Below, piece after piece: positions 51,465 through 61,611 of a stretch of 64,000 nucleotides of DNA. The position numbers and the translations under genes are program-made. Each line of letters starts with the position of its first letter. The first letter of the stretch is position 1. Under the pieces are notes generated by a model that did not search any database, was not told where the DNA came from, and saw only the letters and a program-made list of their open reading frames with translations. The DNA is from Oculina patagonica (lineage: Eukaryota): assembly GCF_052425735.1 (NCBI RefSeq), contig NC_135765.1, forward strand, positions 32,736,001 to 32,800,000, in the 5' to 3' direction.

Positions 51465-51633
51465 CAGCAAGGCGCCCAAAAGTGTGACCACTTTTAATTT
51501 ATTAACATTCTTTCGTGCAGATTTAATCCAATCAAAAGCCGTGGATAGCTTGCAGTTGACTTCTGATTGGATTAATTCTGCACGAAAGAATGTGAATAAA
51601 TTAAAAGTGGTCACACTTTTTGGCGCCTTGCTG
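51465..51633. mobile_element. TA-flanked palindromic Tc1/mariner MITE
   Basis: TA|CAGCAAGGCGCC...GGCGCCTTGCTG|TA with ~75-bp inverted arms. Confidence 0.85.
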
Positions 51634-51950
51634 TAAAACTTTCTAGAAAATGAATCTACTTGTGTTGCTTACATAAACAGAAATCAATTTCTTTCTCTCC
51701 TGCATGCTGAACAATATTTTATTCATGATCTTTTAATTTGTTTCTCATATAACTTCATAGCATGACTGCTAATTAAAATGAGAGTGTTTTGATTAAGAGC
51801 CACTGACTCAGTGGAAGTTGTTCTAATCAAACCTAGTGCCAGGCTTTTGTTTCGAGTAGAAAAGAACACAAAAGAAAAAGCAAACATAAAAGGAAACGAT
51901 AAAAGATACTTAATCAATGTGTTTTCGCGCGTGAAGATGGGAGATGTTTT

Positions 51951-51993
<43 letters not shown>

Positions 51994-53985
51994 ACAATGG
52001 CGAGCCGATAGGCGAGCCATTGTAAACGCCCATTCAGATCGGACGCGAATATTTTATTCTACTTGTGAAATGAAAACAATAAATTGAAAGCAAAGTATTG
52101 TTATGCGAATCAGTAGAGATCTGTATCAAAAGTTAATGAATACTAATTAGCTGAGCAGGAGTTTGTATCAAAAGTTAATTCTACTGTTTGATTTGTATTG
52201 GGGTTTACAGTTATGTACATGTGGTATGAATACTGTGCTAGGATTAGTTTGCTCCCTCATGAATAATTAATGAATTTTACAAACATCTTTAACGTCTTCA
52301 CTTTGTATTAAATACGTTCTTAAAATCCTAGCTACAAAAAATAGACAGTGGTTTAGGTATTGACAGGGATTAATAAATGAATTCAAGATATTTACACTGT
52401 AAAATCAAATCAACTTTTTCCCTTTTCAGTTAACGTTTCCCTTCACTGCGAAGTTAAGTTCAATTGTTGATTTTTTCCCCCTTTGTTTCATTGAAAAAAA
52501 AAATCGATCTTCTACCGTCTTCTAGTGTAGACATAGTTGCCGTGGCGACAAAATATTAACTTTCCTATGTTATGTCTTTCGAACATCTCAATTGTATTTT
52601 TTTTTTTTACATGTTTAGCTTGCGTAGCTACCATTTTCGTTGCCGCAAAACAAGGTCTAAAGGACCTGCTTAAATTAGCCTGCGAACAGGCTTTCTGGAA
52701 AACGCTCTGGAAAACGCTCGGCGCTTCGCACCTCGTCGCCGGCGCTTGGCGCCGTCCGAGCGCTCTCCGAAAATCTCCCGAAAGCCTGTACGCAGGCTAT
52801 GCTTAAATGGCCGTTCATTTTCATAGCTCCGTCATCCAGACGTTTTTGCATCTGAAATGGAATCGCCAGCTACCCAGGCTCATATACCGATATAAGCCGT
52901 AATCGTATTTTTTTATGCGGACTTTAGCCGTAATACTGGAATGCGTCTGATCAAATCGCGGCGAATCACGGTAATAATACAATATAAAGAAAAAATCTAT
53001 TTTTTTCACGTATTATGCCAAACGCCCTCTAAAGTCACACTGTACATTGCCGAGACAAAAAAAAAAAAAACTCCCACACCTCCAAGAATTTAATTTATTT
53101 GCGCAAATCAAAAGAGAATCAGTAATCATAGGATGCTTAAAGATTGATTTTAGTCTAAGATGCATGTTTTATTTCGTTCTTTATAGGCACATTTACAATA
53201 TAAAGAAGACGTCGACATCTTACATTTTAATAAACAACGTGTTTCTGATTACTGTAACCCAAGCTAAACGTCTCTAAAGAATCGAAGGCGCTTCCAGAAA
53301 ACCGAATTGCTGGAAGCATGCTAATTTGTTCCAGTGTGCAAAGTTAAAATTGAGTGTAAAATTAAAAGGTCAAATTTATAGTAAGCCGTTCAGAACATTC
53401 CCAAAGATCACCATAAGACTTACGAAAAGTGCTGAAGACCACGCGAATGTTGTAAACGTTGTCGACTATTACACAAAAAAAGCCAATGAATGCCCAAGAG
53501 TATTTGAACGTCTTTTTATTCTAGTTCAAATTGGAATAAAAAAACACTTGCAAACTTTAACGATTGACTAAGTACAATTGAAAATTACAATGGGATCATG
53601 AAAGACCCCAATATACCACAGGCAATAAGCAAAGTGCTTTCAAAATTTGTGAGAGAACTACAAGATTAAATTAACAATGCAAGGAAGTTTTCATTTGTGG
53701 TTTCATCTCAAGGTAACATTTTAGTGAAAACCCTGAAAAAATTTAAGATATATCCTTACTCAACTGTAAATATGATTAGGCTTCGATGCAAACGGAGTAT
53801 ATAAGATGATTACATAAGATAATTTAGTAATAAATACAGAACTTCGACCTAAATCCGATAGCAATTCTCGAATGCTTTAAATGGATAAATAATTGCTCGC
53901 CTGAAGGAGTGTAGTAAGTAACAATGTATGCACAAAAGTGAAGAAGAAAAACCGGCCAGTCGTCATCACCGATGAAAACTAATTT

Positions 53986-55709
53986 CTATTCATCCGTTTT
54001 CATAATGGTGACCTTAATAAGCTTGATACCAACGCGCTCATTTCTGACCCCTTTGTAAACCTCCAGTGCGAGGCCTTGGCTGATCAACAGTTGCTTACTG
54101 TACTCTACGGAATTAGTATAGCCTTTGCCATGCGCAGTGAAGCACGAGCCCCATGGCTGATCCAGCTTGATAGTGAAGACGAACTGATCTTGATAAGGGC
54201 TGTCCCTTGGAATAAGTGAAGTCATTTTGTTCAAATATTTAAAGGAAGAAAAGGTTCCTCCAGACATCGCCTGTGACCCGGTACAAGGAGCCCATTTGTT
54301 GTAGTTTTCTGGGTCAACCGCTTCAAATCCGATGAAATCTGTTCCGTCAGACAAGCCAAAGTTGGGATCGCTGTCTTCGTTTTGTCCGATGCTGGCGTCA
54401 ACAGCTACTGTTATTTCAACGGTCAGCGGAGTATTGTCTGCCAAGACACCAGCGGCTACCAAAGGAACTCTTAAAAGACGCTCGAAGTGTGTTGGGCCTG
54501 CATTAAATGTCATCTGGTCAGTTGTCGTGGACCGAGCACTATTAATGTGCGATGCATTGGCCTCCAGCCATGATGGCGTCATGACGTATTCTTTAAATGG
54601 CACCTGTCAATAACAAATATAGAGGCTCTTAGTAATGCTTCTCTTCCTGGATGAGACGCTACTCATTTGCAAGTAACCCTCCTGTATTTCACCATGTTGC
54701 CTTAGCACAAGGTACTGTGCATGAGAGAGTAATTTGTTTTTTTCAAGAGCAAAGCACAGGTACGTTCGCTAGAGATTAAGCCCGAATTTCAATCCGGAGT
54801 CCGGTGTTCGGTCCGGTGCCCACTTAGGCATATTATCAAATTGTCTCATCGGTCCAAGAGAGTGTCTTATGCATAAAAGTTAAAGGGACTATGTCACGGA
54901 TTTTACCAGATTTTGAATGACAGCCAAAATTTATATATATTTGTGTCGCAGGAAACCTAGAAATAATAGTCCATTTTTTATTAAAAACTGCTATATTAGA
55001 GCACTGAAACTGGTAACGAAAATGTTTGGCTCAGATGGAAACGGATTGCAACTTGAAAAAGTCAGGCTTACGTTTTCAAGTTGTCTCCGCGCGTCATCAA
55101 ACAATCGATATTTATAGCCGAAGTTTGATTTCTATCCGGAAATTAAGGTTATATCTTCCTATAGATGTTCAAAAATAATGTTTTTTATGGGTTTAGTTGC
55201 CTTCCACTAACTTCAGAACAGTTTAGACCAAAAATCTGCGCAATCCCCGTGACATCGCTCCTTAAATGTGTCAGAAAAAAATGTCTGATTCCACTACTAG
55301 ACACTCATTGAAAATGACATTGCGAGGCAGGTTATTATAAAAGTTTTGTGTTCCTCGGCGCAATGTACATTTAGTGCAGTTATGAAATTAGTGAATAACG
55401 GACACAAACCTTGACAGGGTAATCACTGTAGATGTGGTCCTTTTTCAGCACATAATCCCAGGGGTGCGTGTATCGATCAGCATCGTTCAGCTCACACAGC
55501 AAGTTTCCAATGAGGAAATTGATGCTTTTACAGCGCTGATCTTTGGAGCAACGGACGTAGCACATACCAATATTCTTCACATTTTCCGATGATATCACGT
55601 GATTTTTGAGAAAACGTCCCAATACAGAGTAGGTGGATTTGCCTTTTTGGCATTGTTTGGTTGAATGGACCACAACGAGCGACGACATCAGCAGTGGCAG
55701 CCAAAACAT
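53986..55709 (-). CDS. Secreted PAN/Apple + unassigned domain protein, copy D, 305 aa; exons 55709-55410, 54603-53986
   Basis: Signal MFWLPLLMSSLVVVHS; splice AAG|GTTTG ... TTGACAG|GTG in frame. Confidence 0.88.
54884..55261. mobile_element. TTAA-flanked Kolobok-like element in intron of copy D
   Basis: TTAA|AGGGACTATGTCACGG...CCGTGACATCGCTCC|TTAA; absent from the paralogous intron of copy E (~61155). Confidence 0.75.
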
Positions 55710-55797
55710 TTCTGAAACAAGTAGAAAAAGTCGTTGTGAGTCCGGCTGTGAAACTTTGATAGGAAATTTGGTGGGAAGGCGGCTCGAGTGTCAACTA

Positions 55798-56117
55798 CCG
55801 TAAAATTCCGGTTATAAGCCCTCCCGCTTATAAGCCCCCCCCCCCCCGGTTATAGGCCCATCTATCTGGAAGCAAAAAAATACATCCGGTTATAAGCCCT
55901 TCCAGATATAAGCCCCCCTCTGCCGGATGACAGCATTGAACAGAGCTAAATGTTGCTTTATTATGCGTTTTTAACGTAGAAACGTATTTCGATCAACACT
56001 CCCGTGGCTCGTTCCGAAACGTTTTTTTATTCCGCTTATAAGCCCTCCCGGATATAAGCCCCTCCGCTTTTAAGCCCACCCAAAACCCCTTACGAAGTTG
56101 TAACCGGAATTTTACGG
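55798..56117. mobile_element. TA-flanked pogo/Tc1-type MITE with TATAAGCCC subrepeats
   Basis: TA|CCGTAAAATTCCGGTTA...TAACCGGAATTTTACGG|TA; empty site at ~61690 in unit E. Confidence 0.88.
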
Positions 56118-57407
56118 TATGTCATACTGACGAGAAGCCAAAGACAGTGGGAACTGGTGTCATGTCAGGATCCACTGAAGAAGTTCGGCTACAACACGTA
56201 CAGCTGCCATTTTTAATAAAACAAAACCTTTTTTACCTTCGTTTACTTGATACTGAGCAGAAAACAGTTTCACCGAGCATAATAAAACTAAAAAATAACA
56301 GATGAAAGTAGCTAGCTAAGTTTGCTTTAACTTCTTAATGTTTTTGCAGAACTGACATAATTTTTATAAACTACAACAAGATGATCGTTATCAGCAACAA
56401 TCATTATTGAAACCTACGACTGCCATAAAATAAAATGCTCTGACTTTTCCCTGACTTTGAATAGCATATTCGAAAACTTCATCAGTGAGTGACCAATTTC
56501 TTGACTCTTCTTCGACCTTGAAAACTGTTTTTTTTTCTTTTTCTTTTTCCAGACTTGTGACAATACCGTACAATTTATCCCAAGCCTGCATCAGCACCGC
56601 AGGGCCCGATGAAATGAAAACTAAAGTACAGAATTCCTTTTTACCTACCTGATTGGAGTCTTCACTATCCAGAGGTCACTGAGAGGTATTAAGTTGAGTA
56701 ACTAAGGTGCTAACACGCTGCCTAATACTTTGCACACTTCTACAACTTTTACAATGAGTTAAATTGGGCCAAAAGAGTATTGAAAAAACGATTAAATATT
56801 AAAACTACCTATAGAGGAAAAATCGTCTTCATGGGTTTTGTTTATGTTGTATATTGTTTTGTTTTTGTTAACAGAAGTTTCGAGAATAGGTAATAAAGCT
56901 CTTCCATTTATATGAAAGCAAGATTTAATAAAAGCTTCAGTGATCGGAGTAGTTAATTTAACTCGGTGAAACGTTAACAAAGCAGTTACCGGCTAATTGT
57001 GAAACACAATGCCAAATTTTTAATTTGTTTCGAGAAGAAAAGAACACAGTGTGTCATTGAAGTTGTAAAGGTTGGTGATCAAATATTTTTTGCTTAAACC
57101 AACCCACCTTAAAAATCTTTATATCATCACCATCATAAAAATCTTTCAGTGAAGAATGCGTTTTTACAATCTATAGTGATGTTTTCATAGCCTGGGAACA
57201 GGCTCCCCACTCCCTAGTGGTGTATAGAAAAAAAGAAACCCGCTAGCGGAGCGAGCCTAGCTCGGCTTTCCGAGCTCGCCCAGCTGGCGGGATAAGGAAT
57301 GGTTTCTGTGGTTTTCAGTCCTTGAAAAGGGTATCCTTTTCGCCCCTTTTGCATTATGATCGCGGTGTGAAACTATGGGGCTGGTTTCCTTTAAGCCGTA
57401 TAATGAG

Positions 57408-57888
57408 GGGGAGGGGGGGGGGGGTTGAATAGGTTCGTGGATCGACGGATTTTGCCTTCAATAGCTCACGCGCGGATTGTGGATTTTTGTGATACACTGA
57501 GCGGATTCGCGGATTTCGAAAATACAGCGGATCGCGGATTAGCTGAGAATTTTGGCCCGGATTCCGAACATTTCATGTCAAGAAGTTCGGATCGTGGATA
57601 CTAAACGAAGCGCGGGTCACTTTGGTTGGTCTTTGTTGACGAAATTGTCGCAAAAACAAGCAATGAAACATAACTAGCTTCTTAAAAAATTGGCATATGA
57701 AGACAACTTCTATAATGGGCTCCTGCTTCTACTGTCAGTTGCAGTGAAACAATACCGCACAATTTGAACACAGTTTTCAAATAATGTGGATTCGGATTTG
57801 AACGAAAAAAGTGGCGGATTGACGGATTCGGCCAAAAAATGGCACGGATCGGTGGATTATATTAGCGTACCCCTATTCACCCGCTCCC
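57408..57888. mobile_element. MITE, inverted copy of 6243-6823
   Basis: GGGGGTTGAATAGG...CCTATTCACCC termini; internal reverse-complement match to 6270-6790. Confidence 0.7.
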
Positions 57889-57891
57889 TTT

Positions 57892-58174
57892 AGAGGGGTT
57901 TTCACTTGAGTGTCGAAAGTTAATTGCGTTTGCTTTGGTTTCGCATTGCTACGCTTAGTGATTGGTTTAAAATTCTCGCGCCACTTTCTCAGCCAATCAG
58001 AAGTAAAACCAAAACCAATCGTGACTCGCGCGCGCACGATTTCCCGCGCTTCGTGCCGGTTACATGTATTTGCTTTGAGTTTTGATTGGTTCACTGAATT
58101 GTCTGTGTTTTTTTTGATTGGCCAGAGTAATTACTTTGGTTCTGGTTTTACGACACTCAATTGAAAACTACTCT
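57892..58174. mobile_element. MITE rich in CCAAT/ATTGG motifs (PIF/Harbinger-like)
   Basis: TAGAGGGGTTTTCACTTGAGTGTCG ... CGACACTCAATTGAAAACTACTCTA terminal inverted repeats. Confidence 0.75.
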
Positions 58175-59637
58175 ATTATTATTATTGTTTTTCAATAATA
58201 GGCTCAGCAGTTACTGAGCGGAGTGGTGAAACAGATGTAAAAGATGATTTGTTTCACATATTTAGTTGCCCTGCGTAGCTGGCAGTTTCGTTGGTGCAAC
58301 ACAAGGCCCCTTGCAGCTTCGCTGCTCGTTTTCCCCTCGTTTTCCACCAATGAAAACCGCCAGGTACCCAGACCCATATACATGTATGTTTACGAACGCG
58401 GGTAAAATAACCGTTCTCATATTTCTTTTTGCGGACTCCCGACGTAATGCCTGAATGCGTTTGATCAAATCGCGATGAATCACGGTACCGTAATAAACAA
58501 AAAATATGATTTTTTACGTAAAAGAGTCTGTTTGAGTGATGCCAAACGTGTAATGAAGTAGGAAATAATTTAATCTATCTATAGTGCATGTAAAGTGCTG
58601 ACAAAAGCAGCGCCCCAACCTCTTACTGAATAAGTTTATTTGTGCGAATCAGAAACTCTTCATTTCGTGGCTTAGTCAAGCAGGTTTGCATCTTTTATTT
58701 ATTTACAAGCAAATTTACATCATAAACTTAAAATAACGTTTACGCGCCGTTACATTGAATAAAAAACGTACTTTTTACTGTAACTCAAGCTTTAGTTAAT
58801 GCTGCCAAAGAATCGAAGACAGCTTTCACATGTACTTTCAGGAAACCGGTTTGCTTGAAGTATACTAATTTATTCTAAGGTGCAAAATTAAAATTGAGTG
58901 CAAAAAAGTTCAGATTTATAAGTCGTTCAGAGCCCGTCCGAAAATCACCAGAAAACTTACCGAAACAATGCAATTGACCACGTAAGGGCTCTAAACGTTG
59001 TCAATGATTACAGAAAAATTTTTTCGAATATTACCCAAGGATTTTTGAAAGCCTTCCTTTCTAGTTCAAATTGGAATAAGACAGCACTTGTAAACTTATT
59101 ATAGAACACAATGTACCCTGGGTCCTGGGATATTTCGGCATTATATTTTATACTCACTATCACGTGATCATTTATATTTTCAGACTTATATGATTGACTG
59201 AATAAAATTGATAATTACAATGCGATCATGCAAAACCCAATACACCACAGTGCTTTCAAATTTGCAAGAGAACTAGAAGCTAGTTTACAAGTAAGAAATC
59301 ATTTGTGGTTTCATCTTTCTAGCAACTTTTCATTGCAAGTCTGTTGCAAACTTTGATGAGAACAAATATATGGTGCGACACAAGTTTGAACTATATAACT
59401 ACTAAACTTAAAACGGAGCACAATATGACTATACAAGATAATTTAGTAATAACGACAAAACGTTAAGCTCTTTCTGACAGCTGAATTCTCGAGTGCTATA
59501 AATAGATGAATTCTCGAATGCTATTAATAGATAAAAAATTGTTCGCCGGAAGGAGTTTTGTTGGTAACTACGTATTGTGTACAAAAATGAAGAAGAAAAA
59601 TTGACAAGTTGTCATCATCATCGATTAAAACTGTTGT

Positions 59638-61611
59638 CTATTCATCCGTTTTCATAATAGTGACCTTAATGAACTTGATGCCGAGTCGTTCTTCTTTTGT
59701 GCCTTTGTAAACCTCCAGTGCGAGGCCTTGGCTGACCATCAGTTGCTTGCTGTACTCTACGGAATTAGTATAGCCTCCCCCATGCGCAGTAAAGCACGAG
59801 CCCCATGGCTGATCCAGCTGGAAGGTAAAGCCAAACTGATCTGGAAAGTGGCTGTCCTTTGGAATAAGCGCAGTATGTGCGTTTATATATTCACGGGAAG
59901 CAATGGCTTCTCCAGAGGTCGCCTCCGATCCAGTACAAGGAGCCCATCTGAAATAGTTAGCTTGGTCAACCGTTTCGAATCCAATAAAATTAGTTCCGTC
60001 AGACAAGCCATAATTGGGATCGCTGTTACTCTCTTGTCCGATGCTGGCGTCAACAGCTACCGTTATCTCAACGGTCAGCGGAGTATTGTCTGCCAAGACA
60101 CCAGCGGCCACCAAAGGAACTTTTAAAAGACGCTCGAATTTTATTGAGCCTGCATTGAACGTCATCTGGTCAGTTGTCATGGACCGAGCACTACTTATGT
60201 CTGCTGCATTCGTCTCCAGCCATGATGGCGTCATGACGTATTCTCTAAATGGTACCTGTAAATGACAAATAAATAGAGGATAGTAAATAATAAAGATGGT
60301 AAATTTCAAGCTCGGTGATAAATAGTGAAGAATTTATTCAACATGACTCGAGCGTGGGACAAAGAAAAAATCTGAGTCCCCGACGGGAATCGAACCCATG
60401 GCCTCCCAGATACCGGTTGGGCGTTCTAACCAACTGAGCTACGAGAGACTCGTTGTGAGCTTAGGCCATTTGCTAGGTTGATATGTGACACGCGTCCTGC
60501 ATACTGCTAGGATCAGCAATGTCGAAATCATCAAATGTGTAGTAAATAATAAAGATGGTAAATTTCAAGCTCGGTGATAAATAGTGAAGAGAGGACAATA
60601 CATGGTTGCGCGGAAATACGAAATTTAACTTCGAGTGTTTAAATCGATATCTCACGGACTAATCACGAGGTTTTTGACGATTTTCCGAAGATTTCCGACC
60701 CTTTTTTGAAGGTTTCCGAAGATTTTTAATATGTTGTCCGAAGGTCGTACGAATGTTTCCAAACATTTTCCGAATTTTTCCGAAAAGTTGAGAAGATTTC
60801 CGAAGATTGCCGAGGAAGATCCGAAGGTGTTTCGACTCAATATCGATAAACTTTGACATGGCAAACTCGTCAGCAAACGTGTCGAAATCGATATCTTCAC
60901 ATGTGAACGATATCATATTTTTTACAGTGTAAAGATATGATTTTTCACAGCGAGAGAAATCCTAGTAATTCACTCTAGTTTATTAAAGAGACTCCTAGTA
61001 ATACTTCTCTTCCTGGATAAGACATAAGTCATTTGCAAGTTCTCCTTCAGTATTTTTCCATGTTGCATCTTACTGTGCGTGTGACGGTAAATTATCTTTC
61101 TCAAGAACAAAGCTCGGGCCGGGGTAGTTCGCTTGGGATTCATCCCGAATTTTTGATCAATGTGTCAGAAAAAATGTCTGAACTATATTTTTTCGCAACT
61201 CCCACTATCATACACTCTTAAAAAAATGACGAGGCAGTTTATTAAACATGTTGTGTTCCTTGGCGCAATGTGTAATTGGGACAGGAAAATAGTGAAAACA
61301 CAGACACAAACCTTGACAGGGTAATCAATGTAGGAATGGTCCTTTTTCAGCACATAATCCCAGGGGTGCGTGTGTCGATCAGCATCGTTCAGCTCACAAG
61401 GCAAGTCTCCAATGAGGAAATTGATGCTCTTACAGCGCTGATCCATAGAGCATTGCATGTAGCACATACCAATATTCTTCACATTTTCTGATGAAATCAC
61501 GTGACCTTTGAGATAACGTCCCCATATAGTGACGGTGGATTTGTCTTTTTGGCATTGTTTGGTTGAATGGACCACGACGAGCGACGACATAACCAGTGGC
61601 AGCCAAAACAT
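59638..61611 (-). CDS. Secreted PAN/Apple + unassigned domain protein, copy E, 305 aa; exons 61611-61312, 60255-59638
   Basis: Signal MFWLPLVMSSLVVVHS; splice AAG|GTTTG ... TTTACAG|GTA in frame. Confidence 0.88.
60281..60590 (-). mobile_element. tRNA-containing element with 51-bp terminal direct repeats (259-bp period)
   Basis: Perfect repeat 60281-60331 / 60540-60590; tRNA-like segment 60449-60376 (TAGCTCAGTTGG, GGTTCGATTCC); GAGGA duplicated on both flanks. Confidence 0.85.
60591..60985. mobile_element. Interspersed repeat with TTTCCGAAGA subrepeats, host of the tRNA-containing element
   Basis: Absent from the paralogous intron of copy D (54615-54630); multiple (T)TTCCGAA(G) motifs; begins ATAGAGGA at ~60273. 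Confidence 0.65.

Noticed and set aside
60376-60449. tRNA gene (also ~3875-3945 and ~50455-50528)
   Set aside because: Irregular acceptor and anticodon arms and embedded in multi-copy repeats; treated as tRNA-derived elements.
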